Below are positions 1 to 39,460 of a stretch of DNA of 64,000 nucleotides, piece after piece. The position numbers were made by a program, and so were the translations under genes. The stretch comes from an uncultured Holophagales bacterium. Its GTDB lineage: Bacteria; Acidobacteriota; Thermoanaerobaculia; Multivoradales; UBA5704. The stretch lies in contig CAWJGT010000034.1 of assembly GCA_963842525.1 (NCBI GenBank), forward strand, positions 320,001 through 384,000. The letters run 5' to 3'. The number at the start of each line of letters is the position of its first letter. Position 1 is the stretch's first letter. Under the pieces are notes generated by a model. That model did not search any database. It was not told where the DNA came from and saw only the letters and a list, made by a program, of their open reading frames with translations.

Positions 1-28393
<28,393 letters not shown>

Positions 28394-28397
<4 letters not shown>

Positions 28398-31300
28398 CCA
28401 GCACCCTCGAGCTCTCCGACAAGCGCAAGCTCCTGCTGGAGAAGCTGCTCCGCAAGCACGGAGTGGAGACCGGCACCCGCCCGGCCGTCGGGCGCCGCGC
28501 CGGCTCCGGCCCCGCTCCGCTCTCCTTCGGCCAGCAGCGCCTCTGGTTCCTCCACCAGCTCCAGCCCGCGAACACGGCCTACAACATCGCCGAGGCCGTG
28601 CGCCTCCTGCGCGGGGGTCTGGACGCCGCGGCCCTGGCGGGCGCCTTGACCGAGACGGCGCGCCGCCACGAGGTGCTGCGCACGGTGTACGCCATGATCG
28701 ACGGCGAGCCCCGGCAGATCGTCCAACCGCCGGCCCCCGTCCCGCTGCCCCGCGTCCTTCTGGCCGGGCTGCCGGCGCCTGACCGCGAGGCCGAGGCCGC
28801 GCGGATCGCCGCGACCCTGATCGCGGAGCCTTTCGACCTCGTCCGCGGCCCCGTGCTCCGCGCCGTCCTGGTGGAGCTCGACCGGGGCGACCACGTTCTC
28901 GTCCTCCTCCTCCATCACATCGCGACCGACGGCTGGTCCATGGGCCTCCTGGTGCGCGAGCTGACGCTGCTCTACGAAGCGCTCGGCACCGGCGCCCCCT
29001 CGCCGTTCCCAGAGCTGCCGCTGCAGTACTCCGACTTCGCCACCTGGCAGCGCGGCTGGCTCCAGGGCGAGACTCTGGAAGGCCAGCTCCGCTACTGGCG
29101 GGAGCGGCTCGCCGGCGCCCCCACCCGGCTCGCCCTCCCCGTCGACCGCCCCTGGCCGGCCGTCCAGACCTCGCGCGGCGCCCGCACACCGATCGCTGTC
29201 GGCGACAAGACGGCCGCGGCCCTCCGCGAGCTCGCCCGCGAGCACGGAGCCACGCTGTTCATGGCCCTGGCGGGCGGCCTGGCCGCGCTCCTCGCGCGCC
29301 TCACGGGCGAGGACGACCTCCTCCTCGGCACCCCCACCTCCGGCCGCGTCCGTCCGGAGCTCGAGGGGTTGATCGGCTTCTTCATCAACACCCTGGTGCT
29401 GCGCGCCGATCTCACGGGCAACCCCGGCGTCCCGGCGCTGCTCTCGCGGGTCCGGGAGACGGTGCTCGGCGCCGACGCCCACCAGGACCTCCCCTTCGAA
29501 CGGCTGATCGACGCCCTGGAGCTCCCCCGCGACCTGTCGCGCAACCCCCTGTTCCAGGCGATGCTCGCCTTCCAGAACCTCCCCCCGGTCGAGGAGCGGC
29601 CGGGCCGGCTCGCCGCGCTCCCCTTCCCCATCGCCGCGCACCAGGCCCAGTTCGAGCTGTACGTCTCGCTGGCCGACTCGCCGGGCGGTCTCTTCGGCCT
29701 CCTGGAGTACCGCACCGAGCTGTTCGACGCCAGCACCGCCCAACGCCTGGCCCGGTGGTTCGAGACCCTCCTGGCCGGGATGGCCCACGCCCCTTGGAGC
29801 TCCGTCGCGGAGCTTCCCCTGCTCTCCCCCACCGAGGAGCGGCAGCTCGTCCACGAGTGGAACGACACCGCCGTGGCGTATGCCTGGCCTCCAGAGCGCG
29901 GCGGCCTCCACCAACTGATCGCGGCGCAGGCGGCGCGCACGCCCGGCGCGGTCGCCGCGAGCTTCGAGGGGGAGAGCCTGACCTACGCCGAGCTGGACTC
30001 CCGGGCCAACCGCCTGGCCCGCCACCTGCGCTCCCTGGGCTGCGGACCGGAGACAAGGGTGGCCGTGGCCATGGAGCGCTCGCTGGAGCTGCTGGTCGCC
30101 CTCCTGGGCACCCTGAAGAGCGCCGCCGCCTATGTCCCTCTGGACCCCGACTACCCGCGGGAGCGCCTCGCCTTCATGCTGGACGACGCCCGGCCGGCCG
30201 TGCTCCTCACCCAGGAGCGGCTGCGGCCGGTCCTGCCGGAGACCCCGGAGACCACCGTCGCCGTCCTCTCCCTCCACCCCGACGGCCGCGAGTCCGCAGA
30301 CCACGACGGCTCCCCTCTGGATGAGGCGGTGGACGATCTCCAGCTCGCCTACGTCATCTACACCTCGGGCTCGACCGGCCGCCCCAAGGGCGCCATGGTG
30401 CAGCACGCCGCCATCCGCAACCGGCTGCTGTGGATGCAGGAGGCCTACGCCCTGGACCCGGCCGACACGGTGCTGCAGAAGACCCCCTACAGCTTCGACG
30501 TGTCGGTGTGGGAATTCTTCTGGCCGCTGCTCGCCGGCGCCCGCGTGGCCTTCGCCCGGCCGGGCGAGCACCGCGACCCCGCCGCCCTGGCGGCCCGCAT
30601 CGCCGCGGAAGGGACGACCGTGCTCCACTTCGTCCCCTCCATGCTCCAGGTGTTCCTGGAGGAGCCGGGGATCGACGGCTGCCGCTCGCTCCGCCGGGTG
30701 GTGGCGAGCGGCGAGGCGCTGACGCCGGGGCTGGTGCGCCGCTTCCACGAGCGCCTGCCGGGCGTGGCTCTGGAGAACCTCTACGGGCCCACCGAGGCCG
30801 CGGTCGACGTGACCTTCCACCCTTGCCCGCCGGGTCCGCCGGGAGATGCCGACCGCGCCGTGCCGATCGGGCGCCCCATCGCCAACACCCGCATCCACCT
30901 CGTGGACCGGGGCGGCCGCCCGGTGCCCCTGGGGGTCGCCGGCGAGCTGTGGATCGGCGGCGTCAACGTCGGCCGCGGCTACTTCGGCCGGCCGGAGCTG
31001 CACGGCCGAGAGGTTCGTCCCCGATCCCTTCGGAGCCCCGCAGGGATCTCGCGCCTACCGTACCGGGGACCTCGCCCGCCGCCGGCCGGACGGTATAGTC
31101 GAGTACCTGGGGCGGATCGATCACCAGGTCAAGCTGCGGGGCGTGCGCATCGAGCTGGGCGAGATCGAGAGCGCCCTGCTGCGCCACCCCGCAGTCCGCG
31201 AGGCCGCCGTGCTGCTGCGCGAGGACCGGGGCGTGCGCCGTCTGGTGGGTTACGTGGCCCCCCCGACGGCAGCCACCGCCGACGAGATCCGCCGTTTCCT

Positions 31301-34300
31301 CCTCGAGCGCCTCCCAGAGGCCATGGTCCCCGCCCGCTTCGTGGGGCTGGACACCCTTCCGCTGTCCCCCAGCGGCAAGCTCGACCGCCGGGCCCTCCCC
31401 GCCCCGGACACCGCGGTGGCCCTGGCCGAGACCGAATACGTACCGCCGGCCTCCCCCCTGGAAGAGATTCTGTCCGAGGTCTGGGGCGAGATCCTCGGCG
31501 TCTCCCGGGTGGGAGCCCGCGACAACTTCTTCGCCCTGGGCGGCGACTCGATCCTCAGCCTGCGGATGGTGGGCCGCCTGCGCGAGCGGGGGTTCGAGCT
31601 GAAGCTCCAGCAGGTGTTCCAGCACCAGACCGTGCGCGACCTGGCCCGCGAGATCGCGACCTCCCAAGGCGAAGCCGCCCCGGCCCGGACCGGCCCCTTC
31701 GAGCTGGTCTCCGCCGAGGACCGCGACGGTCTCCCGGCCGGGCTGGAGGACGCCTATCCCCTGGCCCGGCTCCAGGCCGGCATGCTCTTCCACAGCTCGT
31801 TCGACCCCGAGGCCTCGGTGTACCACGACATCTTCAGCGAACGGCTGCGCGGCCCCTTCGACGAGGCGGCGCTCCGCGGGTCCATCGCGCGGGTCATGGC
31901 ACGCCATCCGGTGCTGCGCACCTCCTTCGCAATCCACGGCTTCGGGGAGCCTCTGCAGCTCGTCCACCGCGAACCCCCCGTGCCCCTGGTGGTGGAGGAC
32001 CTGCGCCAGCTCCCCGCCGAGCAGCAGGAGCTGGAGGTGGGCGCCTGGCTGGAGGCGGAGCGGCGCCGCGGCTTCGACTGGTCGCAGCCGCCGTTGCTGC
32101 GGTTCCACATCCACCTCCTGGACGAGGACACGTTCCAGAACAGCCTGAGCTTCCATCATTCCGTCCTCGACGGCTGGAGCGCCGCCACTCTGCGGACGGA
32201 GCTGATGCGGGTCTATATGTCCACCCTGCGCGGCGAGGAGCTGCCGGAGCTTCCCCCGGACACCGGCTTCCGCGACTTCATCGCCCTCGAGCGGCAGGCC
32301 CTGGAGTCCGCGGACACGCGGGAGATGTGGCTGCGGAACCTGGAGGGCGCCACAGCGACCCCGCTGCCGCGCTGGCCGCGGCCAAAGGTGGAGTCCCGCC
32401 GGGGGCGCGACCTCTTCGTGCCCGTCTCTCCGGAGGTGGTGGACGGCTTGAAAAGGGCCGCCCGCCAGGCCGGCGTGCCGCTCAAGAGCATGCTCTGCGC
32501 CTCCCACCTCAAGGTGATCCAGCTCGTCAGCGGCGAGAGCGACGTGATCATCGGCATCGTCGCCAACGGCCGCCCCGAGCAGGAGGGGGCCGACCAGTCC
32601 CTGGGTCTCTTTCTCAACACGCTGCCCTTCCGGCTGCGCCTGGGGGAAGAGAGTTGGGCCGGGCTGGCGGAGGCCGCCTTTGCGCTGGAGCGTGACATGC
32701 TCCCCCACCGCCGCTTCCCGCTGGTGGAGATCCAGGCCGCGCACGGCGGCCGGCCGCTCTTCGAGACGGTCTTCGGGGTGATCCAGTTCCACGTTTATAA
32801 GGAGACCCGGGCCATCGGCGGCATTCAGGCCCTGTCCAGCTTCGGCTACGAAGAGACCAACTTCCCCCTCGGGGTCAACTTCGCGCTCGACGCCGAGGGC
32901 TCGCAACTCGCCGTCCGCCTCAATTTCTCGGACGCCGAGATCGCCCTGGAGCAGGTCCGGACCATCGGCTCCTACTTCGAGCGGGCGCTGACAGCGATCG
33001 CCGACGCCCCCCGGCGCCCCCACGCCGAGGCTGCCCTGCTGAGCGAAGTGGAGCGCCGGCAGCTCTGCCACGACTGGAGCCGGGGCGGACCGGCGGCTCC
33101 CCGGGTCCACGCCGCCCGGCTGTTCGAGGAGCGCGTCCGGCAGGCTCCCGGCGCCCTGGCGGTGGTCGCCGACGGCGCCCGGCTCAGCCTGGGCGAGCTC
33201 GACCGGCAGGCCAACCAGGTGGCGCGGCTCCTCTCGGCGCGGGGCGTGGGGCCCGAATCGCGCGTCGCAGTCTGCCTCGACCGCTCTCCGGCCCTGCTGG
33301 TGGCCCTGCTCGCCATCTGGAAGGCCGGCGGAGCCTATGTGCCTCTCGACCCGTCCTATCCGTTCGAGCGCCTGAAGCTGATGCTCACGGACTCCCGGGC
33401 GGCGCTCCTGGTGACGGAGGACCCGCTGCTGGCCGCCCTGCCGGGCCCTCTCGAAGGGCTCCCGATCCTCCGCCTGGACGCCGACGCGTCGCTCATCGCG
33501 GCGGAGAGCGGCGATCCCCTGAAGGAGCCCCGGGATCCCGAGAGCCTGGCCTACGTCATCTACACGTCGGGCTCGACAGGCCTGCCCAAGGGGGTCCTGG
33601 TGCCGCATGGCGGCCTCGGCAACCTGGCCGCGGCGCAGACCGCGGCCTTCGATGTCCAGCCGGGAGACCGCGTCCTGCAGTTCGCCCCGGTGAGCTTCGA
33701 CGCTTCGGTGTCGGAGATCCTGCTTTCGTTGCTCGGCGGGGCGGAGCTCCACCTCGCCCCCGCGCCGCGGCTGATGCCCGGACCGGACCTCCTGGAGCTG
33801 CTCACCGAGCGGCGCATCACGCACCTGACGCTGCCGCCATCGGTCCTCGCCTCCCTGCCCGAGGCGCCGCTGCCGGACCTCCGGGTCCTGGTGTTGGCGG
33901 GCGAGGCCTGCCCGCCCGAGCTGGTCCGCCGCTGGAGCGGAGGACCGGCGGGCCGCACGGTGGTCAACGCCTACGGCCCCACCGAATCGACGGTCTGCGC
34001 CACCGCCGGCGATGCCGCGGGAGAGGGCGCGAGCCCTCTGGCGGGCGAGGGCAGGCTGGCGATCGGCCGGCCGATCACCGGCCTGCGCGTCCTTGTGCTC
34101 GACCGCACCCTGGCGCCGGCGCCCACCGGCGCTCCCGGCGAGATCCTGCTCGGCGGCGCCGGCCTCGCCCGCGGCTACCACGACCGGCCCGGCCTCACCG
34201 CCGAGAGATTCGTGCCCGACCCCTTCGGCTTCCCCGGCGGCGCGCCGGGCGAACGGCTCTACCGCACCGGCGATCTCGGGCGGTGGCTGCCGGACGGGAC

Positions 34301-34988
34301 CCTGGACTTCCTGGGCCGCATCGACCAGCAGGTCAAGATCCGGGGTTTCCGGATCGAGCCGGGCGAGGTCGCGGCGGCCCTCGAGCGCCATCCCTCCGTG
34401 CGCAACGCGGTGGTCGCGGCCTGGGACGCGGGTGGCGACCTGCGCCTGGCCGCCTGGGTCGTGCCGCGGGAGGAAGCCGCGGGCGAAGCGGCGGCGCTCC
34501 CGGCGCAGCTCGGCGGCTTCCTGCGGGCGTCCCTGCCGGCCCATATGGTGCCGTCGGCCTTCGTGATGATCGACGACCTGCCCCTCACACCCAGCGGCAA
34601 GCTGGACCGGGGCCGCCTGCCCCACCCCGGCTCCGTCCGCATCGGCCGCGAGGACCGCTACGTCGCCCCGCGCAACGCCACGGAGCAGCAGCTCGTCGAG
34701 ATCTGGGCCGGCGTGCTCGGTCTGGAACGGGTGGGCGTCGACGACAGCTTCCTGGAGCTGGGCGGGCACTCGCTCCTCGCCATGAAGCTCATCCTGCGCG
34801 TGCGCTCCGAGCTGGGGATCGACCTGCCGCTACGGATGCTCTACGGCACCAACACCCTGGCCGACATGGCCCTGGCAGTGGCGAACGCCGAGGCCCAGGG
34901 CCTCGACGCCGACCTTCTGGCCGAATTGCTGGAGGAGGTCGAGCAGACGTCGCCCGACCAGCTCGATGCGGAGCTCGCCGATGAATGA
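28394..34988 (+). CDS. Bimodular NRPS: docking-C-A(Ser)-T-C(modAA-like)-A(Tyr)-T, one indel near 31000
   Basis: ORFs 28394-32695 and 30846-34988 join at GRPEL|TAERFVPDPF; C HHIATDGWS; code DVWHVSLVDK; T GGDSI; second C PFELVSAEDR...YPLARLQAGMLFHS...FHHSVLDGWS; code DASTVAAVCK; T GGHSL. Confidence 0.9.
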
Positions 34989-37900
34989 AGCGGAGCGGCG
35001 GATCGCCTCCCTTTCCCCCAAGCAGCGCGAGCTGCTGATGCGCAAAATGCGGGAGCGCGGAACCCCGCCGGTCGCCCCCCGCACGCCCGAGATCCCAAGA
35101 ATTCCTGACGGGCCCACAGACCGCCACGCTCCCGTCCCCCCCACCGACTTCCAGGAAGCCCTGTGGCTGTCCCGGAGCGGCATCTTCGATCTCGGCGGCT
35201 CTGGGGCGAACGTCTATCTGGAATACGAGTTCCCCGGCATCGTCTGGCAGCTCGCCGCCAGCCTCAACGACGCCCTGCGAACCTTGATCGAACGGCACGA
35301 GATGCTGCGCACCGTCGTGCTCCCGGACGGCCAGCTCCAGCTCCTCTCCGAGGTGCCGCCCTACGAGGTCGAGGTCGCGGACCTGAGCGGGCGCGGCGCG
35401 GAGAGGATCGAGGAGCGCCGCCTCCAGATCCGCGAGGAGATGCGCTACGCCAATCGGCCGCCGGACCGCTGGCCGCTCTTCGAGATCGTCCTCCACCAGC
35501 TCGACGAGGGCAGGATCCGGCTGCACGCGCGCTTCGACCTGATCCTGATCGACGGCGCCGCCCGCGGCGTGCTCCTCTCGGAGCTGGTGCTGGTCCTCAA
35601 TCTCCCGGACCAGCCGCTGCCGGAGCTGGACGTGTCGTTCCTGGACCATGTCCGGGCGGTGGCCGCCTTCCGGGAGACCGAGACCTACGCCCGCGCCCAC
35701 GCCTACTGGATGGAGCGGCTGCCGCACCTGCCGCCCCCGCCGGTCCTTCCCCTGGCCCGTGCCCTCGCCCCCGAGGATGTGCCCAGGGTGGTCAAGCGCG
35801 ACCAGGAGGTGCTCGGAGCGGAGGACTGGCAGACGCTCTGCGGCCGGGCGGCCCGCGCCGGGATCACTCCCACCACCGCCGTCTCCGCAGCTTTCGCCGA
35901 GGTGCTGCGGTCGTGGAGCGCGGCCCCCGATTTCAGCGTGGGCTTCGGCGGCACCTACCGCCCCCCGATCCACCCCCACATCGAACGTGTTCTGGGCAGC
36001 TTCACGATCATCCACCTCCTGGCCTTCGAGGACGGTCCCGGCAGCTTCATCGACCGCGCCCGCCGCCTGCAGGAACGGATCGCCGCCGACCTCGACCACC
36101 AGGAGGTCTCGGGCCACCAGGTCCTGCGGGAATACAACCGGCTGCACCGGGTCGGCGCCCGCAGCGCCATGCCCATCCAGCTCAACAGCGTGGTCGGGTA
36201 CGGCTCCAACGCCCAGGCGGCGGCAGCGCCCCCGGCCTCGCCGGATGCTCCCGCGCCGGAGGGCGGCGCGCAGCCGGCGCCGCGGCCGATGATCCAGGTC
36301 GACCTGACCGAGGTGGACCTCCTGGCCACCCTCCCCCAGGTCCTGCTGTTCTGGGTCGTCCTGCCGAACCTGCAGGGCGGTCTCTCCCTGGTCAGCCAGG
36401 CCGTCGAGGAGGTGCTCCCCGGCGAGCTGGTCCCGGAGATGATCGAGGCCTACCGCGACCTGCTCTCCCGCCTCGCCACCCTGGACGCCGCGTGGTCCGA
36501 GGAGCGCCCCGCGCAGTGGGGAAAGAGCCGGCAGGAGGCGCTCCCCGCCGGTCCCACACCGGACGGAGCCGAGGACCTGTACCGCCGCATCGAGGAACAG
36601 GCGCGGACGAGCCCCGAGGCCCCGGCCCTGATCACCCCGAAAGGCACGCTCACCTACCGCGAGGTCCTCGACCGCGGCCCCCTCGCCGCCCTGGCTCCCG
36701 ATGGAAAGCCCCTGCCGGCAGGAACGGGCGCCGCCCTCCTGGACCTCGTCCACCGTCTGGAGCTGCGCCCCGGCGACCGTCTCTTCTCCCTGGCGCCCGC
36801 CGGCTCCCAGCCGGCCCTGGCCGACCTCCTGGCCTCCCTGGCCGCCGGTGCGGCCGTCGTGCTGCCGGCGCCCGGGGAGGAGCGCGATCCCGCCCGCCTC
36901 GCCGCGCTGGCGGCGCAGCACCGGGTCACCGTCTGGAGCTCGCCTCCGGCACTGCTGGAGGCCGTGGTCACCCACGCCGAAGGCCGCCGCCGGGCCGCCT
37001 TCCCTCCCCTGCGCCTGGCGCTGCTCCACCGCGACGCCGCGCCCTCTACGCTGGCGGCCCGCCTGGGAGCGCTCTGCCCCGGAGCACGCCTCACCTTCAC
37101 CTGGAGCTCTCCCGAGATACCCCTGGCCGCCGTGGCCGGGCCTTTCGCTCCTTCGGATCCGGCGGCGGAAGCCGCCTTCGAGCCCCTGGCCGGGCGCCGC
37201 CTCCAGGTCCTCGACGCAAGCGGCGTCCCGCGGCCGGCGTGGGCTCTCGGAGAGCTGTGGGCCGGGGGGCCCGACGGGCCCCTGGCGTACACCGGCGAGC
37301 GGGCGCAGCTCCTTCCGGACGGCAGGATCGCATTGCGGGGCGCCGGCACGGCGCCGCCGCCGGAGGCGCTGGGGTACGGCGCGGAGACGCGGTTCGTCGA
37401 GAGCGCCCTGCAACGGCACCCGGCCCTGCGTCACGCCCTGGTGGAATGGCGGGCCGGGGGGCCGCGAGGCCGGCTCCTGGCCTGGGTTCTGCCGCGCCCG
37501 GGCCGCCCGCCCTCCGCCAAGGAGCTGCGCCGCCACCTGCGCGCCGCAGGCCTGCCCGCGCACATGGTGCCGGACAGCTTCACCTTCCTGGAGCGCCTCC
37601 CCCTGACAGCGGACGGGGCCGTGGACCGCAGCCTCCTGCTGCCGCCGCCCTCGGCGGAGCCCGCCGCGGCGCCGGGAGCCTGGGGAGAGGTGGAGACGGA
37701 GCTGGCGGCGCTCTGGGAGGAGGTCCTGGGGCGACGCCCCACGACCCTGGACGACGACTTCTTTCTGTCGGGGGGGGACTCGGTGGCCGCGGTGCGGCTG
37801 CTCGCCCGCGTCACCCGTCGCTGGGGACGGGACGTGGACCCCGGCGAGCTCTTCGCGCGTCCGACCCTGGCGGGCCTGTCCGCCGCCGTGCGCCGTGGAG

Positions 37901-39420
37901 CCGGCCTCTCCTCCCGTTCCCCGCTTCCCCTCCCCGCCTGGGCTCGGGGCGCGGGCTCCCGGCTCGCCGGGCTCGGCCGGCGTCTGGCGGCGGCCGTTCC
38001 CGCCCTCCAGACAGGCAACCTCGCAAGACGGACCGCATCGCACGGTCTGCGCATGTACGCCATCCTCTGGATCGGACAGACCGTCTCCGGCATGGGGACG
38101 GCGCTCGGGACCTTCGCCTTGGGGGTCTGGCTTTTCCAGGAGACGAAATCGGTAACCCAGTTCTCAGGGCTGATGCTCTCCAGCGTCATCACCGGCCTGC
38201 TCCTGAACCCGGTCGCCGGGTCGTTGGCCGACCGCGTCGACCGCCGCCGGGTGCTGTTCCTCTGCAATTTGGCCTCGATGGCGATGACGCTCACCCTGGC
38301 GACGGCTCTCTGGCAGGGCTTCATGAGGCCCGAATACAGCTACATCATGGCGGTGGGCATGACCTGTATCGGCGTCCTGCAAGGCCCGGCTTTCGTCGCC
38401 TCGATCAGCACGCTGGTACCACGCCACCTCCTGGTCCGCATCACCAGCATGGCGCAGACCTCCGGGATGGTCCTCGCCATGATCGCCCCCCTGCTGGCAG
38501 GCTTCCTGGTGGGGAAGCTCAGCTACCACGGCGTGATCTTCATCGACGCCTGCACCTTCCTGTTCGCCGCCCTGACGCTGTTGCTGGTGCGCATCCCTCA
38601 ACCGCCGGCCTCCCAGCACTCGGGCCGCGACAACCCCTTCTACCGCGACATCCTCGTCGGCTTCAGCTATGTCAAGGCCCGGCCGGGCCTGCTCAGCCTC
38701 CTGATCCTCTTCGGCATCTCGAACTTCTCCATCGGCACGGTGCAGATCCTGCTGACGCCTCTCATCCTGAGCTTCGCCACCCCCGAGCAACTGGGCAGCG
38801 TGAACTCCGCCGCCCTCGCCGGGCTCTTCCTCGGTGGTCTGGTCCTCAGCATCTGGGGCGGGCCGCAACGGAAGGTCTGGAGCATCTTCGGCGCCCTGGT
38901 CGCCCAGGCGCTCATCCTGTTCCTGGGCGGCCTGCAGCCCAACCTGCAACTGGTGATGGGCGCCGTCTTCGCCTTCATGCTCGCCGGCCCCTTCGTGGGC
39001 AACAGCAGCCAGGCGATCTGGCAGAGCAAAGTGCCTCTGGACCTCCAGGGCCGCGTCTTCGCCGTGCGCGGCCTCATCGCCACCGGGGCCCTGCCGCTGG
39101 CCTACTCCATCGCAGGACCTCTCGCCGACCACGTCTTCGAGCCCATGCTCTCTCCCGGCGGGCTGCTCGCCGGCACGGTGGGCCGGGTGATCGGCGTCGG
39201 CGACGGGCGCGGCGTCGGCTTCCTCTTCATACTCCTGGGGGCCCTCGTCCTTACCGCCACCCTGGCCTCCTTCCTCAACCCGCGCCTGCGCAACGTGGAG
39301 ACCGAGATCCCCGACGCTGCCGGTCCCGATCACGAACCCGATTCCTCGGCTCCCACGCCGGGCAATCCGAGCCTCGCAATCGGCCCTCAGGAGGCGATGA
39401 CCCAACCGTCAGCTCGATGA
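34981..39420 (+). CDS. Fusion protein: docking helix - degenerate heterocyclization (Cy) domain - inactive A domain - T domain - MFS exporter
   Basis: Single uninterrupted frame; Cy hallmarks RHEMLRTVVLPDG, WPLFEI, DLILIDG; truncated Cys-type A lacking TSGSTGxPK; T FFLSGGDSV; from about 38040 a multi-TM MFS (LWIGQTVS...GSLADRVDRRRV...WQSKVPLDLQGRVFA). Confidence 0.88.
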   Translation: MNEAERRIASLSPKQRELLMRKMRERGTPPVAPRTPEIPRIPDGPTDRHAPVPPTDFQEALWLSRSGIFDLGGSGANVYLEYEFPGIVWQLAASLNDALRTLIERHEMLRTVVLPDGQLQLLSEVPPYEVEVADLSGRGAERIEERRLQIREEMRYANRPPDRWPLFEIVLHQLDEGRIRLHARFDLILIDGAARGVLLSELVLVLNLPDQPLPELDVSFLDHVRAVAAFRETETYARAHAYWMERLPHLPPPPVLPLARALAPEDVPRVVKRDQEVLGAEDWQTLCGRAARAGITPTTAVSAAFAEVLRSWSAAPDFSVGFGGTYRPPIHPHIERVLGSFTIIHLLAFEDGPGSFIDRARRLQERIAADLDHQEVSGHQVLREYNRLHRVGARSAMPIQLNSVVGYGSNAQAAAAPPASPDAPAPEGGAQPAPRPMIQVDLTEVDLLATLPQVLLFWVVLPNLQGGLSLVSQAVEEVLPGELVPEMIEAYRDLLSRLATLDAAWSEERPAQWGKSRQEALPAGPTPDGAEDLYRRIEEQARTSPEAPALITPKGTLTYREVLDRGPLAALAPDGKPLPAGTGAALLDLVHRLELRPGDRLFSLAPAGSQPALADLLASLAAGAAVVLPAPGEERDPARLAALAAQHRVTVWSSPPALLEAVVTHAEGRRRAAFPPLRLALLHRDAAPSTLAARLGALCPGARLTFTWSSPEIPLAAVAGPFAPSDPAAEAAFEPLAGRRLQVLDASGVPRPAWALGELWAGGPDGPLAYTGERAQLLPDGRIALRGAGTAPPPEALGYGAETRFVESALQRHPALRHALVEWRAGGPRGRLLAWVLPRPGRPPSAKELRRHLRAAGLPAHMVPDSFTFLERLPLTADGAVDRSLLLPPPSAEPAAAPGAWGEVETELAALWEEVLGRRPTTLDDDFFLSGGDSVAAVRLLARVTRRWGRDVDPGELFARPTLAGLSAAVRRGAGLSSRSPLPLPAWARGAGSRLAGLGRRLAAAVPALQTGNLARRTASHGLRMYAILWIGQTVSGMGTALGTFALGVWLFQETKSVTQFSGLMLSSVITGLLLNPVAGSLADRVDRRRVLFLCNLASMAMTLTLATALWQGFMRPEYSYIMAVGMTCIGVLQGPAFVASISTLVPRHLLVRITSMAQTSGMVLAMIAPLLAGFLVGKLSYHGVIFIDACTFLFAALTLLLVRIPQPPASQHSGRDNPFYRDILVGFSYVKARPGLLSLLILFGISNFSIGTVQILLTPLILSFATPEQLGSVNSAALAGLFLGGLVLSIWGGPQRKVWSIFGALVAQALILFLGGLQPNLQLVMGAVFAFMLAGPFVGNSSQAIWQSKVPLDLQGRVFAVRGLIATGALPLAYSIAGPLADHVFEPMLSPGGLLAGTVGRVIGVGDGRGVGFLFILLGALVLTATLASFLNPRLRNVETEIPDAAGPDHEPDSSAPTPGNPSLAIGPQEAMTQPSAR

Positions 39421-39460
39421 GCGTTCCACAGAGCTGACTTTCTGATCCGGAGGATCCAAG

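Noticed and set aside
35163-39437. 1424-aa alternative-frame ORF overlapping the Cy-T-MFS gene
   Set aside because: Arg/Pro/Gly-rich off-frame translation typical of high-GC DNA.
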